The notes beneath the pieces are model-generated. The model was not told the DNA's origin. It did not search any database and saw only the letters and a list, made by a program, of their open reading frames with translations. Made by a program: the position numbers and the translations under genes. Of a stretch of DNA of 64,000 nt, positions 1 to 21,700 are shown in pieces; the first letter of the stretch is position 1; every line of letters begins with the position of its first letter. Location of the stretch: NCBI RefSeq assembly GCF_018350175.1, contig NC_058380.1, positions 91,760,001 through 91,824,000 of the forward strand, read 5' to 3'. Origin of the DNA: Felis catus (taxonomy: Eukaryota).

Positions 1-658
1 GTATACACCACAGAACGCTCCCGCGCTCCGCGTCGCGACCTCACCACTCAGAGCCGTTAGGGTGCTACTGACGTGCACGACCGGATCCCCTGAAGCCCGA
101 GCCCCGAAGCCGCCAGGGCCTGCTGTCAGCCTGCCCTGCTCCTGCCGCTGTCTGCCGGTTTCCTGATCTTCCACCAGCAGCTCCAGTTTCTTGGAACTTT
201 ATCCCCGGAGCCTCTCCAAGGTCCGGGCTGGAGCCGCCGTCGGAAGGCACCTGTGGTATTTCTGCCCGTTGTTCGGAACGCTAACAACCTGGGAAGACCT
301 TAAGTAAACCCTCCGTTTCAGACTTCGGGACCACACTGATGATGCAGAGGCAAACCCTCTCGGAGGTCACCCACTGGGCTTGCACGGATCTGGCTTTGGG
401 CGGGCTCCCCTGGGAGAGGCCCCTTCTAGAATGGGTTCAGGGTTTTCCCTCCTGCCCCACGGGGACCAGCACCCAGCCAGGGTCAGGCAGGTGCCTCAGG
501 GAGAAGGCGGCTGCAGAGCCGGCTTCCCTCCCAACATCACCCCCTTTGCTTTTAAGAAATGTGCACTAGACAGCTGCACAACCTTTATCTGAGTTCAGAA
601 CTGAGTGATGCGTCGACGTTTTCCTAAATGTTTTATTCAAACTTTTAAAATGCTTTTT

Positions 659-861
659 GGGGAGCCTGGGTGGCTCAGTCGGTTGAGCGTCCGATTTCAG
701 CTCAGGTCATGATCTCGCATTCGTGGGTTCGAGCCCCACCTCGGGCTCTGTGCTGATGGCTCAGAGCCTGGGGCCTGCTTGGGATTCTGTGTCTCCCTGT
801 CTCTCTGCCCCTCCCCCACTCACACTCTGTCTCTCTCCTTCAAAAATAAACATTAAAAAAA
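659..861 (+). mobile_element. CanSINE (tRNA-derived, SINEC_Fc-like) in RABL6 intron 1
   Basis: GGGGAGCCTGGGTGGCTCAGTCGGTTGAGCG head, B-box GGGTTCGAGCCC, CT-rich tract, A-rich tail. Confidence 0.9.
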
Positions 862-883
862 TATTTTTTTTTATTAAAAAAAA

Positions 884-1095
884 TTTTTTTTTCAACGTTT
901 ATTTATTTTTGGGACAGAGAGAGACAGAGCATGAACGGGGGAGGGGCAGAGAGAGAGGGAGACACAGAATCGGAAACAGGCTCCAGGCTCTGAGCCATCA
1001 GCCCAGAGCCTGACGCGGGGCTCGAACTCACAGACCGCGAGATCGTGACCTGGCTGAAGTCGGACGCTTAACCAACTGCGCCACCCAGGCGCCCC
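884..1095 (-). mobile_element. CanSINE (young SINEC_Fc-like)
   Basis: Reverse complement of the CanSINE body (…GCGCCACCCAGGCGCCCC) with poly-T. Nearly identical to the copies at 16279 and 45139. Confidence 0.9.
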
Positions 1096-1251
1096 CCCCC
1101 CCCAAATTTTTTTTTTTTAAGTTTTTTAAGGGAAGGGCTGTTCAGCTTACTTAACTTTATCACGCTGCCAGAAACAGAGGTTGGGCGCTATGGTAAAGAA
1201 GGCGTGAGAAGTCCATTTCCTACATATAACAGTGTCCCAACAAAGGGAGAC

Positions 1252-1253
<2 letters not shown>

Positions 1254-1298
<45 letters not shown>
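1254..1298. repeat. (CA)n microsatellite
   Basis: About 22 perfect CA units. Confidence 0.95.
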
Positions 1299-1299
<1 letters not shown>

Positions 1300-1300
<1 letters not shown>

Positions 1301-1423
1301 TTTTAAAGTAGGCTCCATGCCCAGCGCAGAGCCCAACGTGGGGCTTGAACTCATGACCCCGAGATCAAGACCCGAGCTGAGATCAAGAGTCAACGCTTAA
1401 TTGACAGAGCCATCCAGGCACCC
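1300..1423 (-). mobile_element. Short CanSINE (SINEC_b-like)
   Basis: …gagatcaagacccgagctgagatcaagagtcaacgcttaattgacagagccatccaggcacc. Confidence 0.75.
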
Positions 1424-1698
1424 TGGGAAAATTCATTATTTTTATGTTAATTTTTTCCCTTTAGAAGGGCACGCATCTGCCCCTGCTCCACACTTGTATT
1501 TTTTCTTGTGCTGGTGGAATTCTATGTCCTAGTGGAAAGCTCAGTGAAAGAGGGGAGTCCTTGCCTTGGTCCTGATTTGAAAAGAAACGCTTCCTATGTC
1601 TCATTAGTATATACGGACGCAGGTTATGGTAAATACTCTTGAACAGGTAGAAGAAGTTCCTTCTGTTCCTAGTTTGCTTCTTAAGAAGTGGGTTTTCT

Positions 1699-1812
1699 CA
1701 GGGTACCCAGCTGGCTCACATGGTGGAGCATGTGACTCTTGATCTTGGGGTTGTGGGGTCGAGTTCTATGATGGTGTAGAGATTACTAAAAAATAAAAAT
1801 CTTTAAAAAAAA
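1699..1812 (+). mobile_element. Short CanSINE (SINEC_b-like)
   Basis: gggtacccagctggctca…gagcatgtgactcttgatcttggggttgtg…aaataaaatctttaaaaaaaaa. Confidence 0.7.
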
Positions 1813-2589
1813 AGTGGGTTTTCTCTTTTTATTTTCTGTAAATCACGAACGGGCGTTGAATTTTACCAGATGTTCTTGCACCTTTTTCTCCTTTAACCCG
1901 CCGGTAAAGCGTAGAATGTATCTTTTCTATTAATCTGTGCACTCCTGGGCAGTCCTGCTTGGTCTCGATACAACGGTTTGTTATGAATATTTTGATGACT
2001 TTCTAGATCCGATTTCCTGGCTTCTCACTGGGTTGTTCCCTCTGTGCTCATGGACAGGACCGGACGGTTACCCTTTTGGTACTGTCCTCCTCTGTCTTGG
2101 CAGCAGGATTTACCAAGTGCAGGAAGCAGGCTGAGTGCCCCTGCCCTCTGTGTCTTCTCCATCAGTGTGATGCTTGCCTCTCTGATCTCAGATTTTGTAT
2201 TTCTCAGGGTCGGCTTTAGGGGCCATTCTCTAGGACACTGCCCACTCTAAGTTTTCCGTTCTACTGGAGCAAAATTATTCAGAACATTTTGTATCTTAAA
2301 ACCTTGTAGTTATGGTTGCGGACTCTTGATCACTCGTGACATTTGTCTTTTTTCTTTATCAATCTCTCCAGAATCTGCTTTACCAGACACACACCATGTT
2401 CCATTCTGGTGAACATTTCAATTGAGTCTTTTAAAAGAGTCACGGGTTTTTGCTTTTTTCTTGGTCATTTCCTTCCTTCTCCTTTCTTGGGGTTTATTCT
2501 TTGTTTTTTTCCTAAATTTTCAAACTGTATTCCTAAGTCAGTGACCACAAGTACGTGGGGTGTTCATGATCACTGAATTGTATTGTTTT

Positions 2590-2801
2590 AAATTTATTTT
2601 TATTCACTCATTCATTCGTTGAGAGACAGGGAGAGCGAGCGAGCAGGCACCGGGGAGAGGGGCAGAGGGAGAGAGAATCTTCAGCAGGCCCCATGCCCGG
2701 TGCGGAGCCTGACACGGAGCTTGATCCCACAACCCTGGGATCGTGATCTGAGCCGAAATCAAGAGTGGAACGCTCAACGGACTGAGCCATCCAGGCGCTC
2801 C
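2590..2801 (-). mobile_element. CanSINE
   Basis: Reverse-complement CanSINE body ending …gactgagccatccaggcgctcc. Confidence 0.85.
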
Positions 2802-4715
2802 CGCCCAGTAACTTAAATTCTTAACATTCATTCACATTTGCTGTGACACATCTCAAGTTAATTAATCTCTTTATCTTCCTTGTAAACAGCGCAAGGCCTT
2901 TCCAATGCCTTAACTCGGATCAGCTCGTCCCGGGCTCTGTGAGTCTCTCCAGGGGTTCAGTCCCTCCTTCCACCTGGACCATGTTAGTCACCATCGCGGT
3001 GATGGCCACGACCAGCGCTTGCTTGGATCTCGCCCCACATATTCACCGGTCTCGGCGCTCACCTTAGCCTTCTGAACCCCACCCCCGTGTCGCGGGCGCC
3101 GTTTCCATCGGCCCGGCGCACGACCTTGGTATTATTTCGGTGGGCGCCTGTGCACAGCAAACGGTCCAGCTCCGACTGCAAACGAGCTGAAGCACACACA
3201 CTCGCGAGTAACTGCTTCCTCGGGTGAGGACCTCCCTCAGGCCGCGAACGGGGCTGCTGCTTCCGTGGCGTGTGGGCTGCTCCTCTGAAGGCGGGCTGGG
3301 CTCTGGCTGCTCCGTGGACTTCGATGTTGAAACGCTCGCGGGATGTTTTTAAAACCCTGGACTGGGACTTCTTGGGAGTTTCACGTACTTCATGGATTCT
3401 GGAAAACCCTGCCTTCGTTCCCTCAAATATTGCTTCTTCCCCGTTCTTGCTAATCTTGTGTGAAACTCGTACCCCATGTGTGCTCCATTCCTGTGCCACA
3501 CAACTCTCTTCCGGGCGTGAATTCTCTCCTTAGTGTGGTTATTACGCCGATTCACCTGACTGCTGGCTTCTTGCTTTTAACGGCCATGTTTCTCATTCCC
3601 AGCTGTTCTTTTTGGTTCTTTTTCAAACATGACTTGTCTGTTCACACACTCTTGATAGGATTTGAAAGCCGTTTCCTTCTTACCCTGGAAAAGCTCTCAC
3701 CCTGAAATCAGCCTTTCAGAAGGTTTTTCAGTGAGAAAGTGTTTAAGTCCATTTCTAAATTCTAGCACTGAGATCCAACTGGCCAGGACTCTGGCTGTCC
3801 CAGTGTCTGGACGCTGTCTTTGTGAGGAGTGCAGTCCTGACAAGTTCCATTACGACTGGCGTTTCCTGACCTGGGAAGGTGCCCCAGTTCAAGCTTCTTC
3901 ACTAAACGCGGCCAGTAAATCGTGTCCAGGGTAGAAAGGATAGACCAAGTCAGGTAACATCCTTTCTTCCACTTTGAATGCAATTAACTTTCAAACTATA
4001 ATTATGGTCCAACGTCTCATTCGGGTTTGATTCTAAGTTTGATGTGTGTGCTGGGGCTCTTGCATATATGACATGAATCACTTCTATTATCACAGCAATT
4101 TAAAAGAAAACTTTGCCCTAGGAGGACAAGGTTCCGTAAGAGGCAACAGATACACTTGGAAACCATCAACCCTTGCGTGTAAATATCTTGAACCTATAGT
4201 CATCAGATTGCTGGCTGGTTTCCCCTAAATAAGGTATTTTGGAAAATAAATGAAGGAAATTAAAGTTTCCAAGTTGCACACTGTTCACCTACTGGGCCAA
4301 TCTCCCTCTAAATGAGATTTCTCTCCATCTCTCCACCTTTGCTGCAGTTGTAGGGAGTCACAGCCTGTCCCTCAACCACCCGAGGCTGGGTTCACCTCTC
4401 TGGAACAACTCTATGGCACCTCCCCCTTTTTCCTAACCACCCTCGCCAGGGGATGTGCCCGTCAGGGAGTGCTTTTTAGAAGGTGAAAAGTTTAGTTGCC
4501 AGCTCTGATTTCCACACAACTAGAATTAAGCTTAAAATAATACTCTAAGTAATAAAAGTAAATAAGAGAGCCAAATGGAAATTCTAAAGCTTTGTACAAA
4601 TGAGTAACTCGACTTACCATTCTCTTCTCTGAAAGTGACAAATGCATACAAAGTTGAGAGTTGAATACACCTACATCTAAAATATCTCTCTTTAAAACCT
4701 GCACAGAGGTCTTTA

Positions 4716-4921
4716 GGGGCCCTGGTTGGCTCAGTTGGTGAAGCATCCTACTTTGGCTCAGGTCATGACCTCGTGGTTCACAGGTTCGAGCCCCGCGTCG
4801 GGCTCTGTGCTGACAGCTCGGAGCCTGGAGCCTGTTTCAGATTCTGTGTCTCCCTCGCTCTCTCTGCCCCTCCCCCACTCGTGCACCGTCTCTCAAAAAT
4901 AAATAAATGTAAAGAAATTAA
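4716..4921 (+). mobile_element. CanSINE
   Basis: ggggccctggttggctcagttggtgaagc…aggttcgagccccgcgtcgggctctgtgctgacagc…aaaaataaataaa. Confidence 0.9.
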
Positions 4922-6045
4922 ACCTGCACAAAGGTCTTTCTAATTAGTTTAATATTGCATGGTACCACCTCAATATGTCATCATAGGGACCAGAGAGTTC
5001 CCCTGAAAGTGGCAAAGGGGGCGGGGGTAGGGAGGAACCCAAAATCTTGTAGCAATATATGCAAACACTTGAAACGAAAACAATTTAAAACCAGATAACA
5101 TAGAAGTCCTTTAAGTAATGCTAGGAAAAGGCCAGCCAGATGGAAAACCTTAAAAGAGGCCAAGAGGACCATCAGCCTCAGGAGCTATACATTTTACATA
5201 ATTTATGACAGGACTGGAAACGTCCTGGGCTCCGAGGGCGTCTGAAAATAACTCCTCCTTCCCTCGGGGGAAGAGAAGTCTCCTACAATAAGAGTCTCTG
5301 TGCCTTCTGGAGCTTTTTCCAAATATATCCCTTACAAATGCTTCTTAAAAAAAAAAAAAGAAGAGGGGGGCAGGAACGCGTGGCGTAGATGATATTCTCT
5401 TCAAACTGAATGCGAAGTCTACAAAGAAAAATCCCAAAGCTCAAACCACCACATCCAGCTGGATCTCACCGCCCCTGGGCAGGTTGTCACGTGGTTCATT
5501 GACGGGGAGCCCATCACCCCTTCAAGCGTCACAGACCACAGAGCTCTCCCCACGTTATATAAGAATCACTCTTGGACGAGGTTATCCGGGCCAATCAGGG
5601 CACCGCAGAACGCACCAGGAACCGCCTGGGCGAATTTTACCGTGCAAACTAAACGCACAGATTTCTTAACGTGCCCGTATTCCTCGGGAATGACCCACCG
5701 GTCAGAGGGGAACGCCACGGGCCCAGGCGCCCCCACTCCGGCCCTGGGGTCCTCCAGGACCTCGTCTCCAGCCCGGCATCACCTCCCGAGCCCAAGTGAA
5801 CATCCCTAGGGTACCTGCCACAGGTAAGGGCTCAGCACATCTCACACGGAGCAACAGGACTTGCCACGTCTCCCCGCAGACCGCCAGGCCCCGGGGGCGC
5901 GACAGGGCCCTGGTCTCTGCCAAGTCCCAGTCGCCAAAGCCCGGGCCTGCGGACCCTGCGGGGCAGCGCCCTCCTCCACCCGTGCCCTCGGACCCCCCTT
6001 TCCACGTCCCCTGGCAGGAACCCAGCGCGCCCGGCCTGCACTCAC

Positions 6046-6175
6046 TGTTGTACTGCACCCCTTTGGCGAAGCGCCTCTGCAGCGCCTGGTTCATGGATTG
6101 CAGCCCGGCGGGGATATTCTTGTCGCGGCCGGGAGCCTGCTCCGACCCCACCAGCTTCTTGAGCGCGGAAAACAT
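6046..6175 (-). CDS. RABL6: RAB-like protein 6, first coding exon (gene continues off the left end; 1-6045 is intron 1)
   Basis: ATG at 6175 gives MFSALKKLVGSEQAPGRDKNIPAGLQSMNQALQRRFAKGVQYN, the RABL6 N-terminus. The 130-nt exon ends in a GTGAG donor (6045-6041). It lies in a CpG island. Confidence 0.95.
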
Positions 6176-6179
6176 CTTC

Positions 6180-6700
6180 CCGCTCCCACGTCCGAGCCCG
6201 GCGCGGCCCGCGAGCTCAGCGGCGGCGGCGACGACGGCGACCCGGCGCGGATCGCACCATGTCCCGGGTCCCGGCGGCCGGGCGCCTGCTTCGAGGGCAG
6301 CTCAGGGGCTCAGCCGCGGCGGTTCCGCTCCAGCCCCGGGGACCCCCGGCGCGGCCGCCCTCCGTCTGTCAGAACCGCCATCTTGGCGTCGGCTCGGCTG
6401 GGCGCGCGGCTACGGGGTGCCGCGAGGGCCAAGAGGGTGCGCGCATGCGCGGCGGAACGCGAGCGGAAGCGGACTCGGCCGGGCGCGCCTCTGAGGGGCG
6501 CCGCGAGTGCCCCGGCTGTGCGGCGGCCTGGGGCTGTGCGCATGCGCGGGGCAGTGGGCCGGAGGTGCGCGCGGAGCCACGTCAGCCAGCCGGCAGGCCG
6601 GCCGGCCGGCCTTCGGGGCGGTCCCCGGGCTCGCAGAAGGCGCTTGACACCTGTCCGCTTCCTCGCCGGACCCCTCCCCCCCACCGCCGTTCACCCCCTA
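6180..6700 (-). promoter_or_regulatory. CpG-island promoter and 5'UTR of RABL6 with NRF1, ETS and YY1 motifs
   Basis: Very CpG-dense. NRF1 palindromes GCGCATGCGC at 6441-6450 and 6538-6547; ETS core CGGAAG at 6464-6469; YY1 AAGATGGCGG (minus strand) at 6375-6384. Confidence 0.8.
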
Positions 6701-6831
6701 ACCCTGGCCCCTCACCCAGCACCACACGTTTCCGCAGACTTCCCAACGTGATCCCCCCACGTCTGCGTCCCCGCAGGGTTCATTTCCGAGACTCCTCTCC
6801 CGCGGTCCCCCCCGGCAGTCCTGGAAAAATG

Positions 6832-6837
6832 TTTATT
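6832..6837 (-). terminator. Polyadenylation signal of CCDC183
   Basis: AATAAA on the minus strand about 65 nt after the TAA stop at 6902. Confidence 0.75.
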
Positions 6838-6901
6838 TGTGTAACAAAGCGCCGGCTGGGGGGCGGGGGCTGCGGGGCGGGGCAGGGGCTCCTCCTCCGG
6901 G

Positions 6902-15347
<8,446 letters not shown>

Positions 15348-16049
15348 GGTGGCCGTCAGGGTCCTCCAGGCCCCCGTGCAGCTCCCGCCCTCCCTGTCCT
15401 GGGCCTGTTCAACAGAGCCGCAAGCAGTTCACGTCCCCGGAATCTCAGCCCATTGTGATGGGGGCCGAGATTCTCAACCACGGGGCCCTGGAGATCCCGG
15501 CCCTCCCTGCCCCCTTTCTGTGCCCCCCGCCAGCCTTGGGGTTGCCCCCTGCATGCTCGGGTCAGCTGCTGTCTGCTCAGGAGCACTGCTGGGGTCAAGG
15601 CACTTTCCATAAGGAAGTGATTTGTGGTGATTTGACACAGCACCCCGCGCCAGCCCCCTGTACCCTCCCCATCCCCTCCATACCCCAAGGCTGTCCTCCG
15701 CTGAGCCTCCTAAAACCTCTAATCTCTGCCTTATGGGATCTCCATTTCTTCACCCCACCCCAAGCTCAGATTCCACACCCGGGGCGACCTGGCTCATGAG
15801 ACCTCAGCTGTCAGCCCGGACGACTTCACCCCGCCCTGACCTCCACCTGCTGCCTGGAGCCCGCCCTGCTCCACCTCCACGTTCCTGGGGCAATTCCCGG
15901 GTCTAGTTTCGATGCCGCTTACCCCAGGCGGGGTCGTGTGCAGCCCAAGCTTCCCGTGGGGTTAAGCACTCCGAACACCTGCCAGCCTGGGACCCTGAGG
16001 GAGGCACACCAGATGGGTTGCTTTTTCCAGCGGCGCCGCATGGATTTGC

Positions 16050-16600
16050 AGGGGCCGCCACAGCCAAGTGGCAGGTGGCTGAAACAATGGCAATTGCTCG
16101 TCTCACATCCTAGAGGCCAGGTGTTAGCAGAGCTGGCTCCTCCTCAGCTTGTAGGTGGTCATCTTCTCGCTGTGTCCCCACATGGCCGTCCCTCTGTGCG
16201 TGTCTGTGACCTCCCCTCCTAACAGGGACACAGGCCGGAGTGGATCAGGGCCCACTTCGTTTCAACACAACCATTTCTTTTTTTTTTTTTTTTCTTTTTT
16301 TTTTCAACGTTTATTTTATTTTTGGGACAGAGAGAGACAGAGCATGAACGGGGGAGGGGCAGAGAGAGAGGGAGACACAGAATCGGAAACAGGCTCCAGG
16401 CTCCGAGCCATCAGCCCAGAGCCTGACGCGGGGCTCGAACTCATGGACCGCGAGATCGTGACCTGGCTGAAGTCGGACGCTTAACCGACTGCGCCACCCA
16501 GGCGCCCCAACACAACCATTTCTTTAAAGGCCTGATCTCCAAGTGCAGTCATGTTCTGAGGTCCTGGGGGTTAGGGGTCCAACATGTACATCTGGGGACC
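16050..16600. mobile_element. MaLR LTR (MLT1-like) interrupted by a SINE
   Basis: tctcacatcctagaggccagg…gcttgtaggtggtcatcttctcgctgtgtccccacatgg…tctccaagtgcagtcatgttctgaggtcctgggggttagg resembles MLT1 from memory. Confidence 0.6.
16279..16508 (-). mobile_element. Young CanSINE with target-site duplication
   Basis: Near-consensus SINEC_Fc body; TSD aacacaaccatttctt at 16265 and 16509. Confidence 0.92.
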
Positions 16601-16692
16601 CCACTCATGACCATGGCCTTCACTCAGATATTGTCACGTGCAGGTCCTCCACGACCTCACACAGACCTTTTCGGCTTTCTGGTCATTGCCAG

Positions 16693-16917
16693 TTTTTTTT
16701 TTTTTTTTTACACATTTATTTATTTTTGAGAAACAGAGTGAGACAGCGTGAGTGGGGGAGGGGCAGAGAGAGAAGGAGACACAGAATCCGAAGGAGGCTC
16801 CAGGCTCTGAGCAAGCGGTCAGCACAGAGCCTGATGTGGGGCTCAAACCCATCAACCGCGAGATCATGACCTGAGCCGAAGTCGGACGCTCAACCGACGG
16901 GGCCACCCAGGCGCCCC
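16693..16917 (-). mobile_element. CanSINE with target-site duplication
   Basis: TSD gtcattgccagttttt at 16682 and 16920. Confidence 0.9.
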
Positions 16918-18088
16918 AAGTCATTGCCAGTTTTTAAAAGGGGAGTCCAGACCCATTTAAAACTCCAAGCTCAGCTTCTGCCCTCCCTCTGAGACCTCAG
17001 GGGGTTGGAAGGACCCGTCAAGGGCCTGGTCTGCTCCCTACAGTGCCAATTCTGCCCCCTGTTCTCCCAGGGCCTGAGGCCAGGCTGCTCACTGTCCCTC
17101 AATATTGCTTCTCCCTTCTTCCGCAGATGTACACCCTCTGAATTTTAGTGGGGCACGTGGTGGCCCAGAGCAAGGCTGCCCCCCCCTAGGCGCCTTGGCA
17201 CCAGGGATATCATGGGACTCTGTTTTGGCCAATGGAGTGTAAGCACAGGTGGGAGGGAGCTGTCCTCCTCCCCAGGGACTGGAACTAGCACCGCTGTCAC
17301 CATCTCGGACCACGAGGTGGCTCTGGAATACAGGCCGTCACAGCAGGGAGCGGGCCAAACGAGCCCGGGCCCCTGACGGCCTGTGGGTCCCGGACCACCC
17401 ACTTGGACACGAAAGAAAACTCAAACCCCGGCCTGCTCCCCCCGTGGTTATCCCGGGCTTCCTGTCATTGTGCCTTCCCGCTAACAGATTCCCTGCTGCG
17501 CAGTAGGTGCACAATATTCTTTCGAACGACTGGCTAGGCCGAGAGGTACGGGAGCTGAGCCAGGGCTGGGGCGGCGTGGCCCTGTGCCTGTGTGTCCTCA
17601 GGTTACTGGGAAGGTGGACTTGCCCAGGTTTTATGTGATCTCTGCCTCTTCCTCTGCTGGGGAGGGTGGGGTGTGTGTCATCTTACCCACTCCAGAACTT
17701 GCCTGCCAAGCGGACGGAGCTTCTGCAAGCTAGCTCTGGCCTGCCCCCAACCCTCGATTCCTCCTCCCCTGGAGAGAAGGACGAGTCTGATAGGTGGGTT
17801 TGGAATGGCAGGCAGGCAGGCACAGCCGCTTCCTGCCCCTCGTCTCTTGGGAGTCAGGCGCTGATTGGCCCAACACCTTCTGCTCTGCCCCTCCGGGACT
17901 GGTTGTGTGGAAGTGGGTCCCATAGGACAAGGCCATGGTGGTGGCCTTCCAGTGCCCGCAGGGCCTGATTCTGGGGCTCAGTGTTAGGAACTGCCCTGGC
18001 AGGTCCTCCCGTGTATGATGCGAAGGTGACATCTGCTTTGACGTGCTTCCCGATGGCTGCAGAACTCAGGCTGGAGAAGGGCAAGGCA

Positions 18089-18094
18089 TTTATT
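18089..18094 (-). terminator. Polyadenylation signal of TMEM141
   Basis: AATAAA on the minus strand about 400 nt after the stop. Confidence 0.65.
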
Positions 18095-18500
18095 TGTCCA
18101 GCGCCCCCCAGCAGCAGCTGTCCCCTCTGACTGTGGGGGACGCCGGGGCCAGACAGGCAGTGTCAGAGCACCAGAGCATGCAGATGGCCCTTCCGCCAAG
18201 TGCCCAGAGCCTCTCTGACCCTCTGCAGCCTCGGTGGCCACCGTGTTTCTCACTGCCCTATGGGAGCCAACCACCATGGGGACAGCCCCTCTGGTCTGAC
18301 CTCCTGGGCCGGTGTGGAAGCAGTTTGCACAGGTTTGGCAGATCTGGCCACGCCTGTGTGCAGGGGACACCCGCTGGGTCACCTTAGGGTGTGGGGAGGG
18401 TCTTTGTGGGGGGAGAGGGCCAGTTTGGGGTGCAGACGCCCTGAGGGCTGTGTTCCGGAAGTCTTTGGCCCAGGTCTTCTGCGCCCCAGCTGGAGCTCTC

Positions 18501-19910
<1,410 letters not shown>

Positions 19911-19940
19911 GTCTGGCGGGTCACCGGGAGCCAGCGGGCG

Positions 19941-20175
19941 AGCCTGCGCAGGACCCGGCAGAGGGGGCGGGGCCGAACAGAGGGGCGGGCCTGCGCAGGA
20001 CGGCGGAGAGGGCGGGGCCGAACAGAAGGGCGGGGCCTGCGCCGGACCCGGCGGAGGGGGCGGGGCCGTACAGAGGGGCGGGCCTGCGCAGGACGGCGGA
20101 GAGGGCGGGGCCGAACAGAAGGGCGGGCCTGCGCAGGACATGCCGAGGGGGCGGGAGCGAGAAGAGGGGCGGGGC
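19941..20175. repeat. About 47-bp GC-box tandem repeat (about 4.5 units) directly upstream of the TMEM141 start codon
   Basis: Unit cctgcgcaggac…gggcggggccgaacaga(a/g)gggcggg with about two Sp1 GC boxes each, alternating A/B variants. Confidence 0.85.
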
Positions 20176-20629
20176 CTGTGTCGGAAGGTGGGGGGGGTGT
20201 CTAGGGTCCTGTGAGAAGGTGGGGAAGGGTGGGGGGTGATGGTGGGTAGTCTGGGCGATGGGACTCAGGTGGCCTTTGAAGTAGAAGGGGAGTGAGGCTG
20301 GGTCCTGGCCAGGTCTTCTGGGGGAGATTGACCATCAGTTTAGGTCGCCGGTCAGAACGTTGAAGTCCCAGCTGGCACAGGGACCTGGGAATGGACAGAT
20401 TCCCTGGGCTATTGGGTCCTGTGTGACATGTGGGCAGGTCTAGCTTACCTGTATGCCCCAGCCACGGTGGAGAAGCAAAGCTACCGCCTGGCCTGAGGAT
20501 GAGGCCAGGCCTGGGCTGTTTTCCTGACTCGGGGGCAGTGCCTGTCCAGTGGCCAAGGCTGAGCATTCTGGCTGAGGCAAGACCCCTCCTTTGAGGCTCC
20601 GGCCTTTTACTAAATGGCCATGTTGACCT

Positions 20630-20960
20630 TAAGAATGAAAGTTATTTTACCAGCAGATATGGGTTGATTGGGGAATAGCACAGAATTGCAATTTGGGATA
20701 TGCAAGCTAACGGCAAAACCACAGACAAGGCCAACAAAGGAGAGAAACGTTATTTTATGGAGAAGAAGGAAATGGGAGGGGTCCTGAACCAAAGCCCACT
20801 GGAGAAAAGCAAGGGTTCAGGGTGATGGAGACTTTTCACAGGCTGAGTTGCAGGGGCCTGGATTTCGTGTAGGAGGGGTGGTGTGGGTCTTTGCCCATGG
20901 GGCCTGTAACTCGTGATTTCCCCCGATTGACACTGTATGGCGTGGCTCCTCTGTAGGCCG
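20630..20960. mobile_element. Probable LTR-element fragment
   Basis: AT-richer island (gggaatagcacagaattgcaatttgggat…ttattttatggagaagaagg) resembling carnivore LTRs from memory; family not resolved. Confidence 0.4.
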
Positions 20961-21444
20961 GGAGAGGCAGGGCTGACTCGGAGGATGGTAACCCCGTCCT
21001 CACCCCCAGACCCACTACCTTCGCTTGCGCACACAACAGGGGAGGGTGGGCTGCAGGCTGGTGCCCCCGCCCCCTCCCCGGCACCCCGAGGAGGCCATCC
21101 TGGGCCGTCCACACTCCCTTTGCCAGGATGGGCTTCTCCTGCTCTTCCTACCCCCTGCCTCCCACATGCCCACTCCTTAGAGTGTGTGCGTGTGTGTGCG
21201 TGTGTGCTGACATGTCTGCGCGAGCCCCTCTTACCTGGACAGGGGCCTCCCTCCTGGCCCGGGGCCCTGGAGGGGAAGAGACGGAGGAGAGACACAAGGG
21301 TCCAGAGAGCAGGCCACCCCGTTTCTCTGCGCGTGCTGCTCCCTGGTTCCAGGTCGGGTACCCCACAGTGGCCTCTCACTAACGAGGTGGGGTCAGCCCC
21401 TCTCCTGCCTGGCTGTGCCCTCTTCTGGCCTGGAGGACACCATC

Positions 21445-21700
21445 CCCTTCCTCCTCCCCTCTGCTTCCTCCCCTCCTCACATCCCTCTCCTCCCCCCTCG
21501 CCCCTCGTCCTCTCCTTTTCCCCATTTCTCTCCCCCTCCCCTCTTCCCTCCCCTCTCCTTCTCCCTCCTCCCCTCCCCTCCCCTCCTTCTCTCCCTCCTT
21601 CTGTCCTCCCACCCCTCCCCTCCTCCTCCTCCCTTCTCCACTCCCCCTCCCCTCTTCCCTCCCTCTTTCTCTCCTCTTCCTCCTTCTCTTCTCATTCCCA
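21445..21700. repeat. Polypyrimidine (CCT/CT-rich) low-complexity tract
   Basis: About 250 nt of almost pure C/T. Confidence 0.9.

Noticed and set aside
659-760. tRNA-like A and B boxes
   Set aside because: They belong to tRNA-derived CanSINE heads, not tRNA genes.
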